From Phoronis australis (taxonomy: Eukaryota > Animalia > Phoronida): a stretch of DNA of 64,000 bases. Shown piece after piece: positions 24,101 through 39,100 of this stretch. Under the pieces are notes generated by a model. The model searched no databases. It had not been told where the DNA came from and saw only the letters and a list, made by a program, of their open reading frames with translations. How positions within the stretch are numbered: position 1 is the stretch's first letter; each line of letters begins with the position of its first letter. Position numbers and translations under genes: made by a program. The DNA is taken from NCBI GenBank assembly GCA_002633005.1, contig NMRA01000519.1, forward strand, positions 239,640 through 303,639, in the 5' to 3' direction.

Positions 24101-27100
24101 CACAGAGAAATGATTTGAAGTCCCCTGTCAGCATGGTTCATTTGTCCCTTAACTCATACATGAAAAAGCAAACCACGTGGACAGATGGTACAGCTCCGTT
24201 TTTCAGCATCAGAAAGTTATATGTCTTTAGAGATATTGGAAACACTGGATTTTCTTACTCATGCATGCACAAAAAATAACAGCACTCACCCAAAATAATG
24301 TAAATCCCATACAAAATCTCTAGTCTCGTGTGACCCACTATTCCAGCTACTTTGTAATGAGAATTCTGCACTCAGCTGTCATGGGGATAATTCTGCCAGG
24401 GCTCAGGTGGGATGGGGAGGGGCACTGCAGCCCTGACCCGAGGCCCCCAATCTATACAATATCCTACCTTGGTATCGGGATGTTTCACCAGCTCTTCCAC
24501 CCACTTGTTGTGTTGCAAAATAACAAACAGCTGACTTGCATTGCCCTGTAATAGCCTATACACCTCCACTAAGGGTTCCAGGCCAGACTCAGCTCTACAG
24601 TAAAACATATACAATACAAAAATTGAAAAGTAAATTACTGTAACAATGAACTTGTTTTGTTTCAACAAAATATCACAAGTTGAGGTATTCAACAAAAAGT
24701 TAAATGAATGAATTTGAGCTACATATTAATGGAGTGAAACGCTTCTAATGCAGTCATCGGTTACAGCGCTACGCCCAGAACCTGTCCATGAGAGACAACA
24801 GCCTAGTCTATAGTTATCAGTGGGTATAATGAATTAACAACAGCTACATCCAATACTGAACCTGTCCATGAGAGACAGCAACAAACAGTAGTACACAAGC
24901 TCCATAAGACGTGTCTTCTCATTCAGACTGGCGATCTTCTTCTGCCAAACAGATCTACAAGATGAGGTATGAGAAATCTGACGTTACAACTTCTAACTAT
25001 GGACGAAATGATCTACCTGTTTTCACAAAACTTTGGTAATAAAATGAACTTATTAAAACAAAAAATGAGACATTTGTCCTTACATTGAATGTGCTAATAC
25101 AATTGTATGAACTGTAGTACCAAAACAATGTAAAAGTTTCAGTTTAGGCAACAGACATGCATCGACATGAGATGACTACATTAATCGGTATTAGTATACA
25201 GTAATTTTCTCTGCATAATGACATTTTGTTTCTGGTGAAAAAATTGTAATAATTTGAAAAGTCGGCAATTAATACATTTAATGCATCATGATATTTTTAG
25301 CTCCAAAGTTGTTAAATAACATTTCATGGAATAGAGCAGTTGAAACCAGTCAGACGTACTTGATCGGGACTGTAATTTGCCATGAGTCAACAGAGTAATT
25401 GTTTATACTGGACTCTTTAAATCCTCCAATTTTTACAGGTCGTTTGGTGGCAGGAACCATTCGAATGTTCAGTGATTCATTGTAAGGCCTTCGGTGATCC
25501 ATGGACGATGAGGGGTTTTGTGCCAGCTGAGTCATTGCGGTATTTGGTGGTACTGGAACAAGACAACACGTACATAAGTACTGAATGAATATTTATGTGC
25601 TCTCCAGGGCATATGACTTGTATGCAAATTACAATGAATGCAACAAATCACATACATATTAAGTACTGAATATTTATGTGCCCTCCAGGGCATATGACCT
25701 GTATGCAAATTACAATGAATGCAACAAATCACATACATATTAAGTACTGAATATTTATGTGCCCTCCAGGGCATATGACCTGTATGCAAATTACAATGAA
25801 CGCAACAAATCACATACATATTAAGTACTGAATATTTATGTGCCCTCCAGGGCATATGACCTGTATGCAAATTACAATGAACGCAACAAATCACATACAT
25901 ATTAAGTACTGAATATTTATGTGCCCTCCAGGGCATATGACCTGTATGCAAATTACAATGAACGCAACAAATCACATACATATTAAGTACTGAATATTTA
26001 TGTGCCCTCCAGGGCATATGACCNGGATGAGGGGTTTTGTGCCAGCTGAGTCATTGCGGTATTTGGTGGTACTGGAAGAAGACAACACGTACATATTAAG
26101 TACTGAATGATTATGTGCTCTCCAGGGCATATGACCTGTATGCAAATTACAATGAACGCAACAAATGTCTGGTAGATCAGGGGTCTACTTCATGAAAAAT
26201 GAATTAAGACTCAAGTCAGAGATTTCATCTAAATGTGTTCCACATCACTATTTCTTAAAAATATTAAAATCTCACATGAGCAAAAACGCAGTCTCTGAGA
26301 ATATAAGTCACATAACTCCTAGTGACTCGGAGATAATTTCTGCAAATAATTTACAGACTGTTTTCCGTTGATATTTAATAGGCTGAACTTTCTTGCCAGC
26401 AATTGAGAAGTGGAAGCATAACTGAGGCGAAATTTCTATGTTGGGTCTCAAGTCACTTTGATTCATGAAACAGAACCCTGAGATTCCCTAGCTAGATATT
26501 TACGTTACTTCAAAGTGAAAGTCAAGTTGGTTGTAAACAAAATGTAAGAATAAAGAGAAAGATAGTGAAACCTATTCTGTACAACAATCTATCTTCAACA
26601 AACATAGTTTGGCATAAAAATCTGACACAACACAGGCACCGACGATTTTGCAAATTTTTGAAATACACCTCGACGCTAGATGGTGATTGGGCAGTTAGAG
26701 GACAGCGTTCTGGATTCTCTATGGAATGCAGTGAGATATTTACTAGTATTTTTATAAATTCTTTGTGACCATCAAGTCGTCAATTGTGTTGCTTGGAACG
26801 ATATTCTAATGATTCAATAATTCACAAAGAAATGTTCAACGACTCAAATATCAACTCCAACATTCTTGCTCACGAGAATTTGGAATCGAGTAAAGCCAAA
26901 GACAACGGCTCGAAAAATCAACTCAGTCCATCATGCACAACAGAATTAGAAATCGACTCAAAGCCAAAGACACTTCTGTGCTCTCACAATGTTGAAGAGT
27001 TGCACAAAGAATGTTTCCTAACTGTAAACATTGCTATGAAGATGACCTGTGTGTTAAACAGTAGGCAGACTTACCCGTCTTAGAAAGAGGGGTTGGTGCT

Positions 27101-30100
27101 AATGGAGTCAGAGTGGGGAAGTCAAACAGCGAGAGGTAGGCCTCCAAGTGGTCCTGCTTGAAGAATACGCCCTCATGCACGGTGGACAACTTAGGCTGGG
27201 AGAAACTGATCAGTCTAAAGAGAATTATGAGATGATAAGAACTGCAGCCATATCACTGGCATAACATGAACAATCTAGGTTTTCACTGGCTGTGGAAGAC
27301 ATTGTTGTCATCTTACAAAATGAGATGGGCATGAAGCAAGGTATCGTTTTTATCAACTACATTGCTAATCATTCTGTTAGCAGCATCCATCAAATAACAC
27401 CCCACCAACATGTGTTGTGGTGACTCGGTGACAGCCTGCAGGGTTCTCCACAGACTATATTAACAGAGCACACAGCTCTATTTTAATTTCGGATGTTGAC
27501 TTGGACCACCGGTAGAATTCTCCCACCCTGATTTAAGTCCTCTCATGCCCTCGTTACAATTTGCTTTTGATAATTCAGTGGTTACAGTCAATTAATCTTT
27601 TTTTGTAAAAAATGTTTTTTCTTTTCTCCATAGTAATTTGGTATTAATAGTGCATTTGGTACAGATGCAAGAAATCCATGAGAAAGTAAGACCATATAAG
27701 TCGTGGTGAGATATTGCCACGCATACCATACAAGCCAAAAGTTTGGTTCAAATTCATCTGACTGTGACATTATGTAGTGATGGCAGGAGTAGACAGGTTC
27801 ATTCCAAATTGACACTTACTCAATTACAAATTGGAAAGAAAATGATTCCATCTATGACATAAGCTGTCAACAGACACCCTGGAGTCTTCTAAAAGTTGAC
27901 AACAAAACACTGATTAATCATTGATTAATAAAACAGTAATAATGAAACTCAAACAACTAATTATAATGAAATGGTTCTAAACACAAACTGATTTACTCCA
28001 TGAACAAATGTAATGTTCAAGTCACAAAGAACCTCCCCCCCTCCTATCAGTGCTATCTAATGTCAAATGTATCTAGTCTGTCTGGTAGAATATCAAATTT
28101 CAGAAAGACTCTGATTATTGTAAACAAGTGTAGGAAACGAAAGCTTTAACACCCAGGGCAAGTTTTATTCGTGCCTGCCGAGCAAGTCTCAAGGAGTTCA
28201 TTAATAATTGAGAAAAATTAAAATAAGTTTGCTCGACATGTCAGGTCACTTTAGGTGCTGAGCAAAGTCTAAAGAAGTTCATTAATAATTAAGGGACATT
28301 AAACTAAATTGGCTCGACATGTCAGGTCACTTTAGGTGCCAAGCAAAGTCTCAAGCTCAGAAATCGATTCAAATCTATGTATAACAAGAAATTACTTATT
28401 TGATAAGACCTGAAAACTAAAGTTAGACCTTTATGGCAGCAGACAGTTGCAGCTTTAAAATTAATGTCCTTAATTTCACAAATTTTCCTTCTCAAATGGC
28501 TATGCTTGGCTTAAATGCCCACCCTTTGATTTTTAATTATTCACAAGTTGCTGGGCCTGAACCAAATTGGCCTTCATAGCTTCACAAATTTTCATTTCTC
28601 AACACTCTGCACTGCTCGTCTTAAACATATTAGATTGACATTTTGAATGATTTTTAAGACAGATGAATTTGGTACACATTTCATGTTGGAATCCTGTTCA
28701 CTGATCAGAACAGATGTTTATCCAGGACAATGACCACCACACTACAATAACACTGAATACAATCATTACTAACAAGGCATTGTTGTTCAATACTCACACA
28801 TAAGACAGCGGTGACTTCTCAACTTGAACAAAGTTGAGTCGAAAGTGCTTCTCTCCTCGATGATACACAGATGAATCCACATCCAATCTAAACATGCACT
28901 AAGGACAGAGAAATAAAATTTTGCTGATAGTACCGTTCTCAGGTTTTTTTTCAAATCACAGAAACATTTCAAGAAAAAGTTGCCCGGATTAATTCCACAA
29001 GGACTATTTCATAATTGGAAAGATATGTCGCCCCCTATTGACTGACACTAACACTATGTACACAGTCAGTGCAGTACAACACATGGGCCACCAACAGTGG
29101 TTTTATAATTGTCAAAATTTTAATTGAATCAACAAACCACTTACGTCATGAATATTTTTCTGCGGATGTTATCCAGCAAAGTTTGGTGGAACTCAGAGTC
29201 CCGGCAAATTCGTGTCTCAATGCAAAACTTTTCATTAGTAAAAATTTTCTTGAAAAATACACGGAATTATATGGCATCAGTTTTCCCCATGAAAATGACA
29301 ATAATGTCACGTAGTTGCTAATACTAATATCATCATTACGATTTTGAATTCTAGTCAAAACAATATCAGTAAGTATCAATAAATACAGTACTGTCATGGA
29401 GTATGAAGAATAATTACTTCATTGCTGTCATTGAGGTGCAACGCCCAAATTTATGCATTGCAAATGGAAGGTTTTTGGAAGACAGTGCAAATTAAAATTA
29501 ATAACTGATACATTTTAGACTACCATCCCATTTATAATAAGGTTAAAAACTTGAATGAAGAAGGTTCAAAATGCTTGAATAATGCGTCCTTCTTAGATCA
29601 ACTACTCCTACACAGAAGGATTATTCAAACTCAGTTATAATCGGAATTGTTGAAATGTGCTATCATCCGCAAAATACAAACAAATTTATCAAGTCGGATC
29701 AGCCTCTTTCATACACATTTTATAAACACAGAGGCCGACACAAACAATAAATATTTCCTTAAAGGATAGCTGGATTGATCCAAAAATTGGCAGATTTTCT
29801 GAAAGATTCAGCAGATAGTGACAGAGGTGGATGCCCGGGGAACCTACATAATGTGACATATGTAGTAGTTATCTCCCATATATATTGGGTACTAACCAAT
29901 AAGGTTACGACAATAAATAAAGTCCTGCATATCAAACACAAAGGGGGGTACTCCCATAGAAGATGTATAGAGATGGAGTAGCCAATACATCAGGTTTGAC
30001 TTATAACAGATTCAGTGTTGGCTAACCGACTGGCGTCTCACTCAATTGGCCGACTTTTTCAGAATCAATACGAAAGGGTAACTTTTCTGATTCGAAAGAG

Positions 30101-33100
30101 TAGGCCTCCTTGGACCAATTAGTAGTTATTCCATCCACAGTTTCAACAAGCATAATTAGCAAGTCAACATTACCTTGCAGTATCAAAAAAACTAAACTGT
30201 TCCATCCCCAAATTAGAATTAAGACATATGTTTTTTTCCAAGATCGCACTGCACGGGGCTTTATTTTACAATTCATCTCTGGGCCTTGGAAAATTCCATT
30301 TTGGAAGGAGTATTATTTCGTTCTGTGCGCAATTGAGAAAATTAAAATGGGAATAACCTCACAAAATTTGTTTACATATTCCCATAACAAATATTGGTTA
30401 CAAATTCAAAAACTGTCTTGTCTCAAAAAGGAACTAAAATTGGTTTCCATTTTCATAAGGTTTTAGAGTATCACTTGACTACATTTCTTACCTCAACCGA
30501 TATTGGTAGGTTCTCCACTACTGCTTGGCTAAGCTGGAGCCAACATTTTTCCTGCAAACAAAGAAACCAACATTACACTGTGCTGGAAACCATCTTTATT
30601 GAATAAGAAGTTGATCAAACCGTCCTAACCCCTCCTTTCCGCTCGAAGTGCACAGCCATTTCTACAACATCATTCTTTTCTCATGCGTACAAGTCATTAC
30701 ACCCAGGCTGCATGTCTTTTCTAAGCCTTGGTACAAAATACAGCTTTGCACCAATGTGGGTAAAAAAGTGGTAAGATAAAATCTGACACAAAATTAGTGT
30801 CATAACAAACTACGGTCTTCCTTGAGTAAACTAAATTATTCAACGGTGTTGGAAAAAATGGCGTTTTACCATTATTCTGCTGCTAAAGTTGTGGAGTGAT
30901 CTTAGCGACGGCTTTCGGTGCCATGAAATATTGTGTCACCTATTGGCCAGTATCTTTTTTCGCCGATTCTTCAATCTACTGTTCTTCTTTCACGAGGTTG
31001 CGTACACGTCACAACAAATTATCAAAACTGGTTTCACTTCATTATAAGTTTTTAGAATTTTGATACCGAAAAATCGAATTTCAGAAGAAATTTTGCTGCT
31101 GCCAAGCTATCATCTCATTTAGGAAATGGTGCGTGCGCGTGATACAAGCGTACTGTTTTCAAAACGATGACATACTTTTCATTGTTAGAAAAGGCGGAGA
31201 GTAACGCAAGAAAATGACGTTTATTGAATTGTTTTTCACTTAAACAGCTGTAACGAGCAAGGTGAGTGTCGGTTGATTCCCAGATTTTGCATGCACCCCG
31301 TCCGGTCTTTAGCTTTACACACTGATACAAGTTTCACAGCAAGGTGACGAGCAAAACTACCCTGGCTGTGTGTAGTTTCGGGGTCTATGGAAGAAATACA
31401 CACAGTGGTACCTAGCTGTATTTTAACAACAGTCTTCATACAGCTAGCTGGTTGGCTACTCTTTTCTCTACTGTGCACCCCCTCTTGGTTTGTTAGGGAA
31501 GTAAGCTTTCTTTCAGCAGGTCAAGCAGATGCAAGATCTTGTCGACCATTGGGGTTCAACAATACCAACCTTGGTGGAGAGGGGTACCTGAGAGTTTTCA
31601 CTCTCATCAACAAGCATGGCCTTCGACCAGTGGGCAAGTTATGCCTGTTGGAGTACGTTATTTTAAAGGTTAGGTTACAGGAATGACTGTATACAAAATG
31701 TAATAGAAAAAAGAATGACACAATTAGTTAGCAAGCTTCCATTAACAGTATTGAGAACTAAACCCAAATGTGTGCTGGGTTCTCCACTTGCCAAAAATCA
31801 AATGAGAGTAACTATATAGCTGAAAGTCCAAATGGGAGTAAGTGTGTGAGTCTGGTCACCTAACCCAAGACAACTTTGGAAACCAATAGCTCATTTAATG
31901 CATTCTGATGCAACTTTATCTATTTCACTAATCTGAATGCAGTAAAGGATAGCAAACGAAGATTTTGAATGAGACTAGCAGGATATAAAGGCTCCAAATA
32001 TTAGCTAGCAAAACACATTTAAAAAGGATATGTAAAAGATGGCATCAGTAGGGCTAGTCAGTGTGCAAAATTAACCCATGTTGAGAGTAAAGAGGATGCT
32101 GTGCCCTGATTAAGCACCCCTGTAGAGAACCCTGGGAATGGCGAGGGATTAAATGTTAAATGTTAAAATAGACAACTATCACATGAACTTTCCAGGGAGA
32201 GGTCAAGAAGAGTTATAGAGTTACACTCTGTTCACATCAAAGCTATTATAACTTAAAAAACAGATTAAAAATGTTATAACTCTCACTCTGAACACTTTCA
32301 AACCATTTTCAAAAGTTGTAACAATTACTTTAACATGGTTATAACCCAGGTTTAGAGAGAAGTTGTAACTCGGTGTGATCACGGCAGTTGCAAAAGTTGT
32401 AGCTCAGTAGGTGGCGCCGCTGTCAAATTTCAAAGGAAATGGTGTACCAAGGCCACACAAACTGGGTTGAATGGGAAAGCAATTATAGTACAGATGACTG
32501 GCAACTAAAACCACAAACTACAGTTGAAACATTCAGAGTGAACAGTAATGATTACACTGCAACAAAACTATAGAGAGTTACAATCCAGTTTAACACAGCT
32601 TAACAAGGGTGAATACCACCCAGTCTCTAATGCTCAATGACCTGGAATACCACTGATGATTTGATAGATCCACATATGAGAGTGAATCAAAGGCGGAAAA
32701 GGTGCCACAAAAATCATCCATGCTCCCCCGAATTTATACTAGGTTTCAGCTAATCATAAACTAAAAAGGTCTGAGAAAATAGTGACTTGTCAAAAGACAA
32801 AACTATTGATTATGGGAAGATCTCAATAACAGGTAAAAATCAAAAATTGTATGACGTGTGATCGATCATTGAAATCTCCTGAATTCAGTATATCCGCAAA
32901 TGGCATCGGACCATTACATACTAGAGAGTTAGTTAACTGTTAAGTCACGACATAGAAGTAAAAGAACTCATTAGAAAGACATCAAGCAAATTAAAATTTG
33001 CTAAAAAATGACATGGTATCACAAGGACAGTTTCACTCTACCAAGAAAGTAATATATATTACAGTCTAGGATCATTATGATCTCAATTTACAAGTACTTG

Positions 33101-36100
33101 AACAGGCTAAACAGGTGAGACAATGCAGTTGCAGACGGAGGTGCTTATCAACAAGTCCGTGTACTTAGCACAATATCTAAAAACTATAGTTTTTTAACTC
33201 AGTAAAAGTTTGCATTTTCTGAAAGTAGAAAGACTATAAAACAACAGGCATTACCAAACTTCATTTGATATAAATGATTAAGAAGAAATCTCATAATATT
33301 TGTAACAGTTTTCTAAAGTAGCAACTTTCGAGTTTTCTTCATGAAAGACACCAAGAGTGGAACAATGAAGATGAGTGTACAAGTCATGCTATGTGAAAGT
33401 TTCACATGAACACTGGTTAGTCATTTCTGGTATCATGTTGTGAAGACAGACAAATTTGGGCATTTTATTGGGTTCCGACATAACCAGTTTCTAAGATCCC
33501 TTTTATCACAAACAAGTACCAATCAATCATGAACAAGAAAACCCTGTTACAGTCTAACGACTGTCTGCGAATAAGGAATTGTGACTTAGAGCAGCATTTC
33601 CTAATTAAAACAGCAAAACCATTGGCAGCATGAATGATCCTCCATTAGTTGTCAGTATTAAAGGTGTAAGGCCCTCAGCTTGCTGATCTTTATCAAGTGG
33701 TTTACGATGGAATAAACATAATGTTGACACTCTATCACCGCAGACAGCATCCCCATGCATCAAACCGGCAACTCGACTCATATTTCTGCAAAAGCTTATA
33801 ACTGAAGAAAGTCTCTTAAACATTCAGTTTCTCTATAAACTTTTCATAGTTAGGTTCATCTAGTCTATTCATACAAGAAGGCAAAGTGAATTAAGTTATC
33901 CTAACTGCAAAAAAGATGTAACATTTTGCAGCTGTCTTGAGACTGAAGTTAAATAGAGAAACAAAATTATTTGAATCCCACGAGAATGTGACACAAGGAA
34001 AAGGTCTTAACCTTTCAGATCTACACAAGTATCATTTTTACGTTTTATCTTGCACAACCTATGCATAACCTTAACTCAAGCCAAAATGTTGAGGCCAAGA
34101 ATACAGGAAAAAACAGAGGACTTGAAGCTGTAAACAAAGGAGACAACATTCCAACTGAAGTCACATGACCTCTTGAATAATGTCCTGTACAGTAGTTTTC
34201 AAAAAAACTTATATAGATTTAGTTAAAATTTTGGTAAAATTCATCACATTGTATCGAAATCATAGGGAAGTTCCTAACAGAAAACAGATGAAACCTAACA
34301 TTAAATCATTCAGAAATTACCTGAAAATTTGCTTTTGGAATTTCTGCCATGAAGACAAAATAACATTGTCAACTTTTTGAAACTTACTGTATTAATACAA
34401 ACACCTATGCAGAGTACAATAGAACCATTATAGTACACTCTGACTGTTCCCCACCAACAGAGCTGACTAGCTGCTGAAGACACAGAGGACAACAGACAAG
34501 AGAAATGGAAGCACCAGAAGATATGATGAGTTTACAAACATTGTTTGATCCAGACTACAAGGACATGTTTATCAACATAAGTGAAATAACATTTGAAGAC
34601 TATGCATATCCAACCACCGACACACAAATGACAGAAATGATCACCAGCTGGATAGTACAACCCATTCTTGTCACCACTGGAATTGTGGGTAATGTCCTTA
34701 ATGTGCTAGTGTTGTCTCGTCAGTCCATGGCATCGCCTACCACTCTGTTTCTTCGTGCACTGGCTGTGTCAGACATACTCTTGATGGTATGCATGATACC
34801 ACAGTGCCTGAATATCTTCCATGCCGTCCAACAATGGACAGCTTACCAGGAATTCTACAAGTATTACCTCATTGGCAGGTAGGTTAGCGAGTGCCTCCTA
34901 CTGGGAAAATTTTAAACAATATGAAGGAAAAACTTGTCGAGCTTAAAGAGCTTATTAAAATCACAAATTTTATACCAAAAACACAAAAAAGTCATACCAC
35001 TTGATCAATGGCAAACTAGAACACCCTCAATCACTATCTGACAATATGTAACTTAGAAAGGTGATCTAGAGTTGCAAGCCTTTATTGGCCGACACACATT
35101 GCATAGAGTCAGGACTACCAATCGCAGAATTACAGTCATCCTCCACAGTATTAATGTGAAAAAGCATCAGATATTGCTGCTCGCTTTCTCGCCGTTTATG
35201 GTGTAATAAAGAATGGCAAGTCGTTGCATTTATTTTGTGGTGGTTGTGACAACTTAGTATTTGACTGTACTGTCAGTGGTTCTTTTCACTTTACCGTTGA
35301 AATCTGAGAAACATGGACATGACACACTGGGGCTGGTGGGTACATTCACACGTCACACTCACGTCCATGGAGCTAAGAAACTTTCAGTTGAAGTTGCACT
35401 TTTCATCTATTCCCACTTTCTTGGGATATTGAAATCAATTATGGTATGCAGTGTAAATGAATGTTTAATGGTGATGACAATGGAATCACTGGTCAAAACA
35501 AGGTAAATAGTAGTTTTAAGCAGCACTTTAACTTTATTTTTACATATAAATGTGACTGAAGGTAACTTTTCAACTTTCCTGAATTTTTTCCAACATTTCA
35601 CTGGTCGCAAATTCTTACATAACTACTCTTAGCATTTCTTTGAAGCATTACTTAATATATGCCAAACATGTGAGTAGTATGATACGGCTTCCATTGATTT
35701 CAATTTAACGACAATAGATTATCGTCCACTTTTTGACCACTTGATTTTCCAGCATTGAACCAACAGGATCAAGAGCTTATCATTTTGTATTTACTCACCG
35801 TTGCACTTGGGAGCATTTTTATTTCGTTTTTATCTCCCACAAACACAAAGTATAATGTAACTGCACGTCACACCATAAAAACTTTTTACTTGTACTGGGA
35901 TACTGATATTAAAAGTTGTGTAGGCCAAACACAAGATAAAATCATTAATAAAGTTGTGTAGGCCAAACACAAGATAAAATCATTAATAAAGTTATGTAGG
36001 CCAAACACAAGATAAAATCATTAATAAAGTTGTGTAGGCCAAACACAAGATAAAATCATTAATTTAAAGAAGTAGTGCAAGCCAGGAAAACCTAGAAGAC

Positions 36101-39100
36101 AGATTGATATACACTAAACTGGCCACCACATAGCTGAATGACTGACCCCCTCCTTCTCAACACACACAAGTAGGCACACAGCTGGCTAGACTAGTATCTA
36201 GAGGGTCGATTCTATCAATTATCAGATGACAGCTCACGAAATGGCGACGAGTAATCTAGCCACAATAGCCATCCCAACAAGGGAACATCATGAGCAATCT
36301 CATTGCCGTCAGTCATCTTTTACTTATTTTTAAAATTCCGTGTTGATGTCTGCCAGGTAACGGTAACACCTTGATCAACTCACTTGCCATGTATACTGCG
36401 TTAGTGCTAGACAGTAATAAATGTACATCACTGACACTAAACACAGTGCAGTTGTCTTAATATTATACTTCTTATAAGACACTTAAGATAATTAATTATG
36501 TACAGAATAACAACAGATAAATGTTTTATGTATTCTCTACAGCCTTTTTTATTGTAAAAGTAATGACACCTATACACCTATCACGCTAGTCAACTCATAT
36601 GACTTACCAAATGAGGAAGTTCATAGTCACGAGCTTGACTTTACTTTCGGCTAGCAGGATGTCAGCTAAAATAAGGCTACCAACTCACCAATGAACATTT
36701 TCATTTACAATGTAATTCATCACCTAGTTTATCTTTCTCTTTGTTATTTCAATTGATTTTACTATAAAAAGTACACCAAAATAGCCTTCATTCAAAATCA
36801 ACCAGCTTCAAATGTTACTCGCATCAAAAATGTTTGATAGAGAAGAGGATTTTCATCAGCTAGCATCTGCTCACACTTCACATGTTTTATATTTTCAAAA
36901 TTGTGTTCATCTCTTTTTCCTCTGTAGGTATTTTGTCGGAAACGTTTTAGTGACGTGTATAAGCTGGCTAACCATTGCTATTACGGTAGAACGTTTCATT
37001 GCCATACGCTACATTCTGAAGGTCAAGGTCATCTGCACGGCAAAGCGAATCAAGATCACCATAGCTGTAATTTGTCTATTGTCCTTAGTGCTTGAATTCT
37101 CAAAGCTTTTTGAGTTCGCTACTGACTTGTCTTCAAAGAAACAACTTTTTACTACCCTCGACGAAAATGAGATATACGTGGACGTGTCTTATATCAGCCA
37201 TATGGTTCTAGCTGTATGGATCCCTATGATGTTTCTTATCATCACCAACGTCTCGTTGGTTTACCACTTGGTGCGTCACAAGAACAGTCTCATAATGTTG
37301 AGAATACAACTGAGACGTCAAGCAAAAGAGATGCGGCGTGTCACTCACATCGTCATAGCAATGGTTGCCGTGTTCATCATCTGCAACTTCCTGGAAGTGG
37401 TATTGACAGTTGCGGTTGTCATGAATGGTCGCCCGGAAACCTTACTACACCACTCTGTTTACCCACACTTGAAACATGTCAGCAATACCATGGTGATACT
37501 GAACTCTGCCATCAACTTCATTTTGTACTGTATGATCAGCAGGAAGTTTCGCATGGAGCTTGTTAAGATGGTCGCATATCGTAAACGACCAACAAAGAGA
37601 AGCAGTAGCTCAAGCACAAGCACCTTGATGATGCAGAAGACATCGACAGAAGACTCAAAGATGATTGATGTGTTCCTTAGCAACAACAATGAATGCAAGG
37701 AAACCCAGGTCTAGACACTTCTGAACATAAAAAATATTATAATGAAAATAATCTAATCTTGAGATTAAGAATCCGCTGCTCTACTGACAATAAGATTCTA
37801 CAGTTTGACATGTAATAATGAAGATGTGGATTTGGGGTTAGAGTTTGTTGCCCAACGTTTGTCTTGAGAATTTTATTTTGCAAAACTTATATGCGCATGT
37901 CATAAGTATTGTTTCACCCTACATGTTAAGTCTGCGACCATCATACAACATGTACGAAGGCTAATAACTCTAACACACTCATTTATAACTGTTTTACATC
38001 ACAATTATATAGTATAGTACATATATATGCACTCCCATGTTTGGGTAAGATGTCTCCTATCTGCTTGGATTTCTGTAACCAACCGGTGGTCCTGATAGCT
38101 CAGTGGACTAGAGTATGCGTCAGCACAGTCAGCAGAAAGTACTGGTTTCCAGTCACAGCCGGGACAGAGATCTTTTCAGACATAACTCTAGGTCATGTGA
38201 TGTGACCAAGACATGGTGAGGATGAAGTCTTAGTAATTTTTACTGATACCATATTAACATGACAATTATATGATTGGGCATATTATGCATTATAATCATG
38301 TCACAGCACAGCACATGTAAAACTAATTCAAAGACACACAAAATTCAGTAAATTGCAGATAATTAAAGTACCTCCTCTGCAGTAATTACAACTTGTAAAA
38401 ATTGAAGGTATCCATTTTCAAACTTTGTATTCATGGCGTTGACTTGAAAGCTCACAGAAGTCGACGATGTAACTGCTTTGCAGTCAGAATCTTATCAAGA
38501 AAACCCAGAATCAATTTGTTAATGAGAAGCATAGAACCAAGTCTCATCCCAGAAAAGGAAAAGAAAGATTCAACAAGGTCAAATTCAATTTACATCACTT
38601 TCAGAAAAGCAGCATAACATGTGCAATAATTTGACTTGAGAGAAAATGAACAACCCATGTAAACAGAATACTTACATCATAAAGAAGACAGAACACTGTT
38701 CAATTATCAAGTGATAACTGTTTCTTCCAAAGTACAGTTGAGCACCTTACTTCCATGGCATGAGAAACAAAGAATAAACTACGGTACGTACCATGAACCA
38801 AAAAATAGTTCATTGCAGCAACTCTTTTTACTTGAATTTAAATGTGTCTGTGACATTCAGGGACAGTGTTGGCTAGGCAGGCTTTTCTCAGTTAAAAAGC
38901 TGACATGTTATAATTATTGATTTTCTAAGGATAGTTACACTAAAAGTGTGTAAACAATATCATTATATTGATTTTCTAAGGATATGTTACACTAAAAGTG
39001 TGTAAACAACATTATTATATTTCTGTCATTACTTGGTAAACAGGTCCACATAACAACTTTTGCGAAATTTAGATGTTCAAGTCACAAATTAATGATCAAA

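Noticed and set aside
25532-26017. 161-aa Cys/His repeat ORF
   Set aside because: It is the translation of the 78-bp intronic tandem repeat.
30022-31721. Minus-strand ORFs at 30022-30276 and 31521-31721 as extra exons
   Set aside because: Phases or splice signals do not fit, and exons 6-7-8 already align with module 2 without them.
36812-36927. N-terminal 39 aa of the 300-aa GPCR ORF
   Set aside because: This is intronic read-through. The real exon starts at the acceptor at 36928 and joins exon 1 in phase.
38088-38175. Functional tRNA gene
   Set aside because: The T-loop/B box and the anticodon arm are degenerate; it is better explained as a SINE head.
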